From contig JAADVB010000008.1 of assembly GCA_023334545.1 (NCBI GenBank), forward strand, positions 1-64,000: a DNA stretch of 64,000 bases, in the 5' to 3' direction. Shown one piece after another: positions 54,018-64,000 of this stretch. The DNA comes from Salisapilia sapeloensis CBS 127946 (taxonomy: Eukaryota > Protista > Oomycota). The position numbers were made by a program, and so were the translations under genes. The notes below the pieces were generated by a model. The model searched no databases, was not told the origin of the DNA, and worked only from the letters and a program-made list of their open reading frames with translations. Each line of letters begins with the position of its first letter. The first letter of the stretch is position 1.

Positions 54018-55091
54018 ATGCAGCTCTCACCGTATCTGAAGATGGCATTTATGCTTGGTGTGGGATTACTGGTGTGTCCTAGCAACTTGCTTATTGCTGC
54101 ATCGAAAGAAAATAGGAAGTCTGTGCCGTACTCGAGCGCAACGGTAATCTTGCTCACGGAGGTGACCAAGCTGACGATAGCATTGGGTTGCGTCATCGCC
54201 ACAGCGACGTCCATACCTACGAAGATTGCATTTAAAGACCTCGTTGCATTTGCATTGCCTGCGTCTCTTTATGCGGTGGATAACAATCTTACGTTCACGG
54301 TGCTCCGGTATCTCGATCCGGCTAGTGTTGCTGTGCTGTGGAATCTTCGCATCGTCGCCACCGCAATTCTCTTTCGTCTCGTTTTCCATGCGCAGCCTTC
54401 CTCGATACAGAACGCAGCTATACTGTTACTAGTCCTCGGGGCTTTTATCACACAATCGGATCATGCGACTCAAAAGGATGATGCGTCCGAGGCAGTAGAA
54501 GGTGAATGGACGACGGGTATCCTACTCTTATTGACTGGTATCATGGTGTCGTCCTTCGCGAGCGTATATGCGGAATGGACATTGAAAACGCGCACGGAAA
54601 TACCGTTCGTGTGGCAAAACGTTATACTCTACACCTTCGGCGTACTGTTTAACAGTGTTGGTGTCTTTACCAACTACCAAGATGTAGCAGAAGACGGCTT
54701 CTTCCATGACTACAACTATTATGCGATAGCAATTATTCTAGTAGACAGTCTTGTTGGGATCGCCATGGCCGCGTTGCTCAAGTACATGGACAACATTGCA
54801 TGTATCTACTCTCACGCTCTCGCCATGATCTTCACAGCCCTCTTCTCCATCGTATTTTTCTCCTTTTCGCTATCACTCGACTTTGTCTGTGGTCTCGGCG
54901 TCATCCTCACGTCTCTCTATCTGTACCATGCAGAAGGTTTTTCAGATGAGAACAGCACCTCGAGTTCTTCAAAGACGACAGAGACGGAGAATGAATTGGA
55001 CGTCGAGGTACAGGAGAAAGGCGAGAGAAACAAGTATTTGCAAGTAGCGGATCAAACACCAGAAGTCAAGCAAGTGGTAGTGGACGAATAG
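54018..55091 (+). CDS. Nucleotide-sugar transporter, SLC35A family
   Basis: VILLTEVTKL, FALPASLYAVDNNL, LWNLRIVATAILF, FASVYAEWTLK and LLKYMDNI; about 10 hydrophobic segments. Confidence 0.9.
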   Translation: MQLSPYLKMAFMLGVGLLVCPSNLLIAASKENRKSVPYSSATVILLTEVTKLTIALGCVIATATSIPTKIAFKDLVAFALPASLYAVDNNLTFTVLRYLDPASVAVLWNLRIVATAILFRLVFHAQPSSIQNAAILLLVLGAFITQSDHATQKDDASEAVEGEWTTGILLLLTGIMVSSFASVYAEWTLKTRTEIPFVWQNVILYTFGVLFNSVGVFTNYQDVAEDGFFHDYNYYAIAIILVDSLVGIAMAALLKYMDNIACIYSHALAMIFTALFSIVFFSFSLSLDFVCGLGVILTSLYLYHAEGFSDENSTSSSSKTTETENELDVEVQEKGERNKYLQVADQTPEVKQVVVDE

Positions 55092-55115
55092 AGCATGAAA
55101 AAATAAAGATTCACA

Positions 55116-56183
55116 TTACGAGGTGTTACGTGCGTGCGTCCAGTGTATGAGTTTAAGCATGTTTACAGGACATGCTCGCGTGGACTCAAGTATTCCCTGT
55201 CGCAAGTCATAAGACATGTCCATCTGTGTATTGTGCATTTTCACGAAAAGAAATCGACGGAGTACAATAGCTTCTCGTCCGTCCGGAAGGGTATGTTTGC
55301 TAACCAAGCTCGCTGCAGAAATGTCTCGACGGATATAGTGGGACGGATAGTACGGATACAGCTCGTCTTCGTTGACAAAGTCCGTGCAGATCAATGCATA
55401 GTCCTGCTTTTCGTTCACTTCAGCACACATAACCGTGGATGTTTCCTGTTGGATGCCACCGTCCTGCAAATGGATGAGTCGAGAGTTGTAGTACTGTTCA
55501 TGGACACTTTCGTACTGCTCTCGAATCCCTTCTTGCAATACCTTTTGGCGCTTCCTATCGTTCGTCGTAAAGAACGAGAGGATCGTTTGGAAGACAGAGT
55601 ATACTGTAAATTGGTGCTTGTCATCACGGATAAATTGGACGAGATCGCTATAATGGTAAGCGATTTTGCCATCGGCATTGGTAAACTCTTGCTCCGTCTT
55701 GTACGGTTTCGTCAAGTCGTGTACGGCAGTCTTGGAGAGAATATAGTCGTAGGCACGTCGTAGCTGCCTGCTTCGAAGAGCTGTGAGAGTTTCAATACGA
55801 TCGGCATGGTCTGTCGAGAGGTAGATGTACGACTCGAGTGGATTTACGGGATACGATGTCTGTTATCAGGAATGTTAAGTTGGTCGAGAACAAGTGGAAA
55901 TTGGATTGGACCATGGCATCGGAGAGTAAGGAGCGACCGGCGTGTAGTGTGGTGTTGATTTCCCGCGTGATGTTTCGCAAGATGTCGTTGTAGATCTTCA
56001 ATTCACTTGGGTTGGAAGTATGGATGTTGTATTTCGTCGCGACAGACTGGAGATGATGGAGCTCTTTCTCTAGCTCCTCTTTCTCCCGCTACATACGACA
56101 AGAATGATAAGATTAAGGATTGCAAGGAAGATGAAGATGCGTACACGTCGTCGGTCATACGTTCGCACTCGAGAAGACGTCAT
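55116..56183 (-). CDS. Oomycete M96-mating-specific-like protein with bZIP-like N-terminus; 3 exons
   Basis: Spliced: MTSSRVRTYDRRR-REKEELEKELHHLQ...NDILRNIT...LLSDAM-TSYPVNPLESYIYLSTDHADRIETLTALRSRQLRRAYDYI... This joins the listed ORF 55116-55715. The second intron has a weak GTCCAA donor. Confidence 0.6.
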
Positions 56184-57029
56184 TTCGACTTTATTCTCAG
56201 TCGCGTAAAGCAGAATAATGTCCAGTGAGTGTGGCTACATGAATTAACATTTGATATATTTTCGATATATTCACTTGTGGTCGAAGTACGCTACACCAAT
56301 ACTGAGGTCACATTGGTTTAAATGTAGCTTTAAGCAACGTGATTAGCGGTCGAATTAACTGACTTCGCACGTTCCTTGCATAGTTCGTGTCGTATGAAGC
56401 AACTTCAACATGAATGCTTAGGAAATTGGCATGGTATATGCAAATCACAACTGTTGTTGTCTCTTCAAGTCCCGATCCTTTGGTTCGCTTGCTCATGCTT
56501 GAAGACACCCATGTAGAACTTTGGTGTAAACGACAGTGTCCGCCCATTCCTCGGCATACTTCCGTTCATGCGGTACATGCTCGGCACCACATATGGAAGT
56601 GTCTTTTGGTATGATTGATCTTCCCACCTAGCCGACTATATGTCCAGCTTCTTCATGACCGTTAAATTCCTGGTGCGCGATGCAAAGTTAAAGATAGCGG
56701 TGCTGAAAAGCTTATAATCAACTTTCGACCGACCAAAATCCCATAGCTGTAGTACTTTGACCTGTCGTTTCAAACAAATACAGCGAGACTCGTCCATCCT
56801 ACTTCTTCATCCCATCAATCAATACGTAGGACACACACCGCCATCTCAACACGTACCACAACTACCAAATATAGGTCCTTATCTAAATCCTTGTCGAAGT
56901 ATCCAATTTTCCGCCCAGATCCTATAAAGCAAAAGTCTCGCACTCGAGTCCGTTGGGTGGCATTTTATGTTAACAAGACTCACGTGTCGGACGTACTACA
57001 AAGCACATACACTATCGTTATTAACGAGT

Positions 57030-58132
57030 ATGCTTCTTCCGCGCTCTCAGGAAGAGGCGATGCTGGCCGATAGTAGCTCTCCATCGTCCAATGCTAGCAC
57101 ACCATCTAGCTCTCGCTCGTCCCTGCCGTCTTCGCGCCGATCCTACGACAACAATGGCAAATACCGACGCAGCTCCATCGTCTTCCGATCCTGCTCTGCT
57201 GTGCCCGAGTACCTCGCGCGTGTGATTGACTATCGGCAAATGGACTTGGAAGCCACCTTCTACCAAATGGTTGCACTCTTGACTTCTCCATCCAAGGTCT
57301 ATAAGAGTGCGTACTATCGGAAGCAGACGAAGAACCGATGGGCTCGAGATGATCCTGCTTTTAGTGTCATCCAAGTCGTGTTCCTATTGATGGCCACTGT
57401 GTCCTGGGCTGTCACCTTCAAAGTGAACTCGTTCGTGACTTATACGTCGCTCTTATTCCATGCCATTGTAGTTGAGTGGCTTGGAGCTGGGTTGCTCATT
57501 TCGACCTTTTGCTGGTACATTTCCATTTATTGGTCCTATAGACTACTCGTACTTATCATTTGCTCAGGTGGTTTGCAAACACGCATCTGAGGAAGCGAGC
57601 GAGGTAAGCTAGCATTAGTAGTTTGCATATTTCAATCGAAGTAATCACATCAGTAGTCAAGAGCGAGGCGACACATTCTTCGTAGAGCAACGCGTGGAGT
57701 GGCAGTTTGCATTCGATATCCATTGCAACGCATTCTTTGTCCTATTCCTCATCCTCTACGTACTCCAGGTACACCTTGTACCCATTATATTCCTAGGTTA
57801 CTATTGACATGCGATAATAGTTTCTACTGGCTCCAGTGGCGTCCAATAGCTCTTTCCTGTCTCTAGTCCTGTCCAATTTACTCTATTCCTTCGCATGGGG
57901 TATCTACACGTACATCACGTTCCTCGGCTACGTTGGTACGCGCTGATACTCCTATACTTTTGATATACGCTAATGACACGTGGTAGCATTACCTTTTCTA
58001 CAAAAGGCGGAACGGTTTTTACTACCCATGATGGCGATTGCAATATTCTTCGTGTCTACATTGCTTGTACATGCCGTCTCCAGTTGGGATGCCAACCTCA
58101 GTCGAATGTCCATTCGATACTACTACCCATAG
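57030..58132 (+). CDS. UNC50: UNC-50/Gmh1 Golgi membrane protein; 5 exons
   Basis: QMDLEATFYQM...YRKQTKNRWARDDPAF, VEWQFAFDIHCNAF, YITFLGY-ALPFL. Stop at 58130-58132. Confidence 0.92.
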
Positions 58133-58505
58133 TCCGACCAAGTCTTTTTCAGTCACCTCACGTTCTATCAAAGAATAAAAGACACACTTTACTGAATGAA
58201 CAAGAGCGTTTGTCTATTTAAAGTGGGATGTTATCATGTCATAATGCAGCGTTGTGGTGATGGTAAAGTAGTATGACTGTCTGTTGCTATCTTCGGATGT
58301 TTTTATTCTTACAAATTACCTCGCAATCTTTACAGTATAATATTCATCTCCACATCTACTTGGAATACTCGAGATGATTAGGATAGTACAGCTACATCCG
58401 AATCATCGTACTCGATGGAGCTTTAATGAAAAATACTGCTTTTATTAATTATTACTACTTCATGGAATTATTACCACTTCATATGACAAAACAGAGACAC
58501 ACAAG

Positions 58506-59465
58506 ATGAGCGCCAATGGCGGCAGTGAAGAGGAAGCGCTTTTGATCCGAATTGATGCATTCCGTGACAAAGAGACATACATGTCTATTCTAAAATCATG
58601 GTTGCAGAAGACTGGCATTTCAAAAGGTCGACTGGTATCTATGGGTGACCTCCATTTGCTCTTTATCCTTGGGTCTCCAGCGCAAAACGATCAATTGCTC
58701 CAGCTTTATCGCTCAGAGCCCATTGACACAAATCGCAATAAAGAGGTGGGTATTTTGTGTTGGCACTTATTGTCTGGGGCTTATATGAACTCACGTTTTT
58801 GCTGCAATAGCTTTCGACAGATAAATTTATCGATGTTCTTGGCAGGAAATCAGTTTCTGGTGTAGATGTCAAAGGTTTTTTGGAAATGACGATCCTTGTA
58901 TGTACCTCTAGCCTACATTAATTACATGAACATGCGAATCAATGACTAATACTCCTTTCGCAATGTACAGAACGCGTCTTTACTAGACAGACTTCTTGTC
59001 GGCGAATGGAAATTAGACGCTGCTTGGCTAAAGCAAGCTCAGGAAACATCTCGGACAAAGGCTTTTTTAAAGTACAGAGAAGAGATGAAAGCGAAACGAA
59101 AGGAACAACGTCAGAAAGCAGCGCAAGAGCGCGATCGGAAGAAGAAAGAGGCTCGGGAACAGAAAGAAGCGTCGGAACAAAAAGAAGCTTTAGAAGAGCA
59201 AGATGCTACAGGTCAGACTGAAGAAGATGAGAAACCCACCACGAAGTCAGAAGCTGAAGTAGCTGCAGAGTCAGATGTGCCGTTGCAATCGACGCAAGCA
59301 GCCGTTTCGGACCAGAAAGCAGTACAAGTGGATAAATCCACACCGGCAGATATAGAAAAGAAGAGAAAGCCGAATAGTCAAGTTCCAAGTAATAGTGGGA
59401 ACTCTGGAAAGCAGAAGAAGAGGCGTCGGAAGCAACGAAAGCCGCAGTCCTCGAGCAAAACATGA
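58506..59465 (+). CDS. Protein resembling the RWDD3/RWDD2 C-terminal domain without an RWD domain, with a charged tail; 3 exons
   Basis: LLIRIDAFRDKETYMSILKSW...GRLVSMG...LFILG...IDTNRNKE-LSTDKFIDVL parallels the RWDD3 C-terminal pattern. Two phase-0 introns. Confidence 0.55.
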
Positions 59466-59685
59466 TAATTTCTATAGACCGAGCAGCGATTGGATAGCAT
59501 ACAGAAAGGTTTCAATTCATACTCAATAGACGCTCGATCTAGATTTGTATCATATATGCACCAGTCAAAGCTCTCTAATAATTGATACTTTGGATACAAA
59601 TTAGCAACTTATTCAACATCCAATTGTGATTTTCTACTTCTGAGCTAGTGACACGCTACACATACCTTTTACCTTGTCATCTAGC

Positions 59686-61157
59686 ATGAATCGAGGATAC
59701 AATGTCACCGGAAGTGGCCGCCGAAAGGTTGGTTTGCAACCAGGCTTTAGTCAAATGGTAAAAATAGCTTTTCATCCTTCAAATTGGTATTTCAATGCGT
59801 TCTGACAATGGGCGCTGTCGTCTCTCAGCACTGGATGCGGCTATCGCAGTCTGGAAAGGATTTGTCTGGACTCCGAGGAAAGCCGCCTCGACGGGATATT
59901 ACGATGGATGAAGTGAGACAGCACAACTCGGAAGAAGACTGCTGGAGTGTCTTTGAGGGAAAAGTAATGATTACTTGACTCCGTCCCATTCTCATCTAAC
60001 GATTTTGGTAGGTGTACAACATCACACCATACTTGCATTTCCATCCCGGTGGTGCCTCTGAGCTCATGCGAGGTGCTGGTGGAGACATGACAAACCTCTT
60101 TAATGAGAAGCATCCGTGGGTGAATGGTCACAGCATGCTTGAGGTACATTTATCCAACTCGTAAGAATGCATCACGTCGTACTGAATCATTATAGAAATG
60201 CTATATTGGAAAACTGGATCCTACTTCATTGGAAACGATCGAAGCTTCCGGCAAGGCTCGAGAAGGTCCTACAGTCGCCCTTGATAAGTCGGAATGGCGG
60301 CCGTTCAAACTCACCTCAAAGGAGAACATTACACCTTCCACCATCAAGTTCACTTTTGAGCTACCAAAGTCATGCACACTTGTATGCACAGCCTTTACAA
60401 TTAAGACATTCGTATACTTATATTCGATGTAGGGACTGGAAATGGCTGGCCAACACCTAGACATTCGAGCCAATATGGACGGCGCAATCATCGAACGTCC
60501 TTATACTCCTACCTCGAAACTTAATCAGGTATATGCTATCTATATATGTATCGTTATGACGACTAACCTTGTGGATAGCTCAACTTCTTTACGTTGCTGG
60601 TTAAAGTCTACCCCGATGGCAAACTCACGCCATATCTGGCTTCTCTTGAACCAGGGGCCATGGTCGAAATGCGAGGTCCGAAAGGGTCGCTCGGCTACCC
60701 CTCTACTGGCATTTTGTCTTCCAAACCAAGCGCCAAAACCACAGTGCAAGACCCAGTGAAGCACTTGGTCATGATCGCAGCTGGCTCTGGCATCACCCCG
60801 ATGCTGCAGCTCATTCGACACATTTGTGAAAATCATCCGAAAGACCCAACGAAGATCACGTTGCTCGATTGCAACCATGACGAGTCGGAAGTCATGGCAA
60901 AAGATATGCTCGAGCCTCTTCCAAACTTTTATCCGAACCAAGTCCAAGTCCACCACATCTTGTCCGATTGTCCAGAAAGTACAGACTTGTCATCTGTCCA
61001 CCAAGGACGTTTAAGTGCATCTATCCTACAAGAGCTCCTACCGAAAGAAACTCGAGGTGTCGGCGTTCTCTACTGTGGTCCGGAGGATTTTGAACTTTTT
61101 GTCCGAGAAGCTTTGCTTTCGCTGGACTACAAATCCAAGCAACTTTACCATTTCTAA
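59686..61157 (+). CDS. Cytochrome b5 + NADH-cytochrome b5 reductase fusion (CYB5R4-like, no CS linker); multi-exon
   Basis: KVGLQPGFSQM-HWMRL, HNSEEDCW, FHPGG and HPWVN in the b5 part. RPYTP, GPKG, IAAGSGITPMLQ and YCGP in the reductase part. Confidence 0.9.
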
Positions 61158-61199
61158 TTAGAAATACAACGAGATAGAAAGTATGCAATTGTTTTTTAT

Positions 61200-62980
61200 T
61201 CACAACTCTTTCGCCAATTTATCTCGAAAGTGACGAAAGTGTGCTAATTCATTTGTCAAGTCATCCACGCGTCCACTTGATCGACTGTCCACATGAACTT
61301 GATGCAGTGTCTGTAAGAAGCTGCCGACGGACACAGTTTCCCACTCCTGCTTGCTCTCAGTGAGAGCAAATGGCAGCTCTTCTGCGTCCTCCGCATGAAC
61401 GTCGAATTGGTCGGAACTGTCTGGTGAGGACCCGACGCCCCACATCATCTTGTCGTCTTCTCTGGGGACGATCTGTCGATTCACCAGCTTTTCATGATGC
61501 ACATTCGTCGTCGCAAACGTTGGTGTGCGACGGATGGGCAACTGCTTGCTAAAGTTGTATCCAGGCGACGTCGACAAGAGTTCACACGGGTGGGGCTTGA
61601 ACGGTGGAGACGCTTCCAACGTCGGTGATCCACTCGTCTTTTCACGTTGCACTGGATTACTCATGCTAAAAGGAGGTGGCGTACCAAAGGAAGTTTCTAA
61701 CGTCGATGGTGCTGTCGATGGCGGATCATCTAATGAAAAGTTCTCCAAAGAAGCTTGGCTCGGCTGGTCTCGACTCTTCATCGTCTGTGGATGTCTGGGA
61801 GGAGTAGTCAACTTCTTCTCATTATTTAACGATGTGGAAAAGAGTTCTCGTTTACTCGTATGACTGTCTTTCGAGAAGCCGTAGGGAGCCATGATCGGAC
61901 TACTCGACTCGACATTATCTTCCAATGTCTTGCGATTGTTGAACGAATGCGCATGTGGATTTAAATCGTCCATGGCCATCTTTGGGCTGTGTAGCATCAA
62001 CCCTTCCTCCGGTCGGACAAACGACGTCAAGGGCTTTTTCGAGGGAATGTTCATCGGTTTCGAGACGGTGTATGGTTCCGGTGAGCCTTCTGTCATGGTC
62101 GGAGTTGACTGTCGTCGCACTGGACCTTCCGAGTGCTCTTCAGTCGTAGGTTCGAGCGGAGGAGAGGGAGGAATATAGTCCTGAATGATCTGATTCGCTG
62201 CCAAGACACCTTGAGATTGTTCAAAGAAAGCTTTTTGGCAGTTTTCCCTGTATAAAGCTGTGACGGTGAGGTATCCAAAGGGTGTGGCGATGGGTAGTAG
62301 CCTGTATTTGTTGATCTGAGCCTCCTGGTCGAAGCTTGAGTCGTCTGAGATCGAGTAAGCGAGTGTGTAGTTTTCTTTGTAAAGATGGTGAGCAGGCATT
62401 TGACGAAGGAAAGAATGAACGACTCGTAAGAGGACGCCGATACGTTTGCACACATCTTTTAGTTGAGAAATCACGTCTGTGGATGAATGAGTTGTCGGTG
62501 CGTCGGACGTGTAGTGCACTTGCCATTGTTCCAGCAGCATTGGTGGACTCGCCGTTGTTGAAATGGATACTGTCAGTGGCCGATGGACGTCATCTCGATA
62601 CGAAGATAGAATGTCTCGGACAGAAGTCAGCTCTTCAATGTCCAGACTGAACTATTTTCATACATCAGAACGTCAGTGGGATGCTAGTGACTATATATGT
62701 AAAGGAAGAGGTACCCTTGCTCGTCGATGGGACTTGCGTTGATTCTGATCGACAGAGGAAGGAACTCTGGATTGGACAATCAGCTCTGCTATTTTGTAGA
62801 GGAATTCAAGTACGACCTGCTCCGTCTTGACTCGACCGGCTACATGCAAGCAGCAGCAAAGACAAAGTCAGTAACAACGTGATGGGCACAGTGGATACAC
62901 TGGAGGTTATAGATACATTCATACTACATACCTGCAGAAGAAGTGGATCGAGGGACTCGTCGTGGCGTAGTGGATTCCAT
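61200..62980 (-). CDS. ATG13: Autophagy protein 13 (N-terminal HORMA domain + disordered Ser/Pro-rich tail); 3 exons
   Basis: KTEQVVLEFLYKIAELIVQSR...FSLDIEE...LLEQW...KRIGVLLRVVHSFLRQMPAHHL...TPFGYLTVTALYR. Confidence 0.85.
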
Positions 62981-63172
62981 CGATCTCGTACTCGTCTTCT
63001 TTCTGCTCTTTTTCCGCTTCGCATGCAAATCGGTGTCTTTACCATTCTCCGGCAGGATTGCACAAACAGCACATATTTAGACGGTATGTGACTAGAGGTA
63101 CCGAAGAATAAGATCTGAATGTATTTGATTGGATGAAATGAACACGAGCACGATAAACACAAAACGAGCAAA

Positions 63173-64000
63173 ATGGAGGATCAGGAGACACCAGCGTCGT
63201 CTTCCGGTCTACCAGAATCACGACAACGGTCTGGTCTTTCATCTATACTCTCAGATGCTCCCGATGTTGATATGAGAGGTTCTAGCCCGAGAAGAAAGAG
63301 TCGAACGGGTATCTCAGGCATTATGAATTCCCCTACGGCAGACGATGATGTCGATTCGGATAGTAAAATGGATACTATACCTGATGAACGCATGGTGTAT
63401 GAGGAAATGAAAGAGGATGATGATGAAGAAGGAGAAGTGAATGATCTTCGACGAGACTTACTTGCTTCGATCCAAGCGTACGCCAAGGCAGATAATAAAC
63501 CACCGTCGAAACGCCAGAAGAAGGGAAAGCAAAAACCAAAAGCAAAAGCTCAGCTCTCAGGTATACCTAATGGTAGTGCTAAATCATAATGAGGCTGACA
63601 AGTATAATAGGAGAAGCTGCTTTGGAAGAGATACAAACAAAGTTTCGTCGTCTGCAGAAGCTGATCGAGGCATCCGCTGCATCTCCACCTACCATCCAGG
63701 AGCTTATCGCTTGTTGTCTTCGACTGTACGAGCAGATTCAAAAGAATCAAGCACTTCCGTCAGCCGTCCAGTCACATTCGACGATGGCGACTACCAACCA
63801 TGCAAGTGTGAACATTTCTGCCACTGCAGATTATATCTCTACGCACCCCATTTACTCTCTCCTATTCTCCTGCCTCCATTCCTGCTTTGCAAGTTCCTAT
63901 CACGACCAGATACAATTACAGTACGTCCGCCAAATTATCGATTGGTGCTTCACCTCTCGATCGTCGTCTCGATCACTGTGGCCGTTGACAGTGCTTGCCA
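63173..64000 (+). CDS. 5' part of an unidentified gene (acidic/basic N-terminus, then helical region), truncated by the window end
   Basis: Exon 1 is MEDQETP...KAQLS. After a GT-AG intron (~63560-63610) a frame stays open to the end: GEAALEEIQTKFRRLQKLIE...LWPLTVLA. Confidence 0.6.

Noticed and set aside
55792-56001. Apparent frameshift in the M96-like gene suggesting a pseudogene
   Set aside because: It is explained by a 52-nt GT-AG intron with a CTTAAC branch-like site.
1-64000. Prokaryotic-type systems (operons, CRISPR array, defence islands, prophage)
   Set aside because: The spliceosomal introns and gene content are eukaryotic. I saw no regularly spaced direct repeats, integrases or phage genes.
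1-64000. tRNA, rRNA or snRNA genes
   Set aside because: No convincing T-loop GTTCRA in a cloverleaf context and no rRNA-like sequence by eye. Small snoRNAs cannot be excluded without Infernal.

Overview
Eukaryotic, not prokaryotic. This is a very gene-dense nuclear segment with short GT-AG introns (roughly 50-90 nt). The gene content suggests a flagellated (zoosporic) oomycete-like stramenopile: M96-like protein, secreted pectin-acetylesterase/Notum-like esterase, a stramenopile-type Myb-like domain and Inr/FPR-like promoters. That taxonomic call is inference. I reconstructed about 32 protein-coding genes by hand-splicing the ORF track. Family calls come from recognised motifs, not database searches. 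Flagellar genes: AK7, PACRG, IFT46, CCDC96, an EVG1-like gene and a giant IQ protein. Autophagy and trafficking: ATG5, ATG13, EHD, UNC50, an HVA22/REEP-like gene and a myosin. Chromatin, repair and RNA: FANCD2, SSRP1, an HMG-box gene, PHF5A, Fcf2 and MRM2. Metabolism: PGK, a cytochrome b5-reductase fusion and a nucleotide-sugar transporter. I found no tRNA, rRNA, CRISPR array or intact transposon. Most interesting: (1) a myosin with a myosin-VI-type insert-2 (reverse gear), apparently repeated along the lever, fused to PX and GAT-like domains; (2) a ~2,200-aa non-motor protein with 4 IQ motifs and two dynein-stalk-like microtubule-binding domains; (3) a formin with an intact CX5R PTEN-like domain, UBA, PHD finger and four WH2-like helices but no FH1; (4) a RING/Myb-like protein with an exact 9-aa array of interlocking kinase sites; (5) 13 consecutive genes in strict alternating orientation with tiny spacers.
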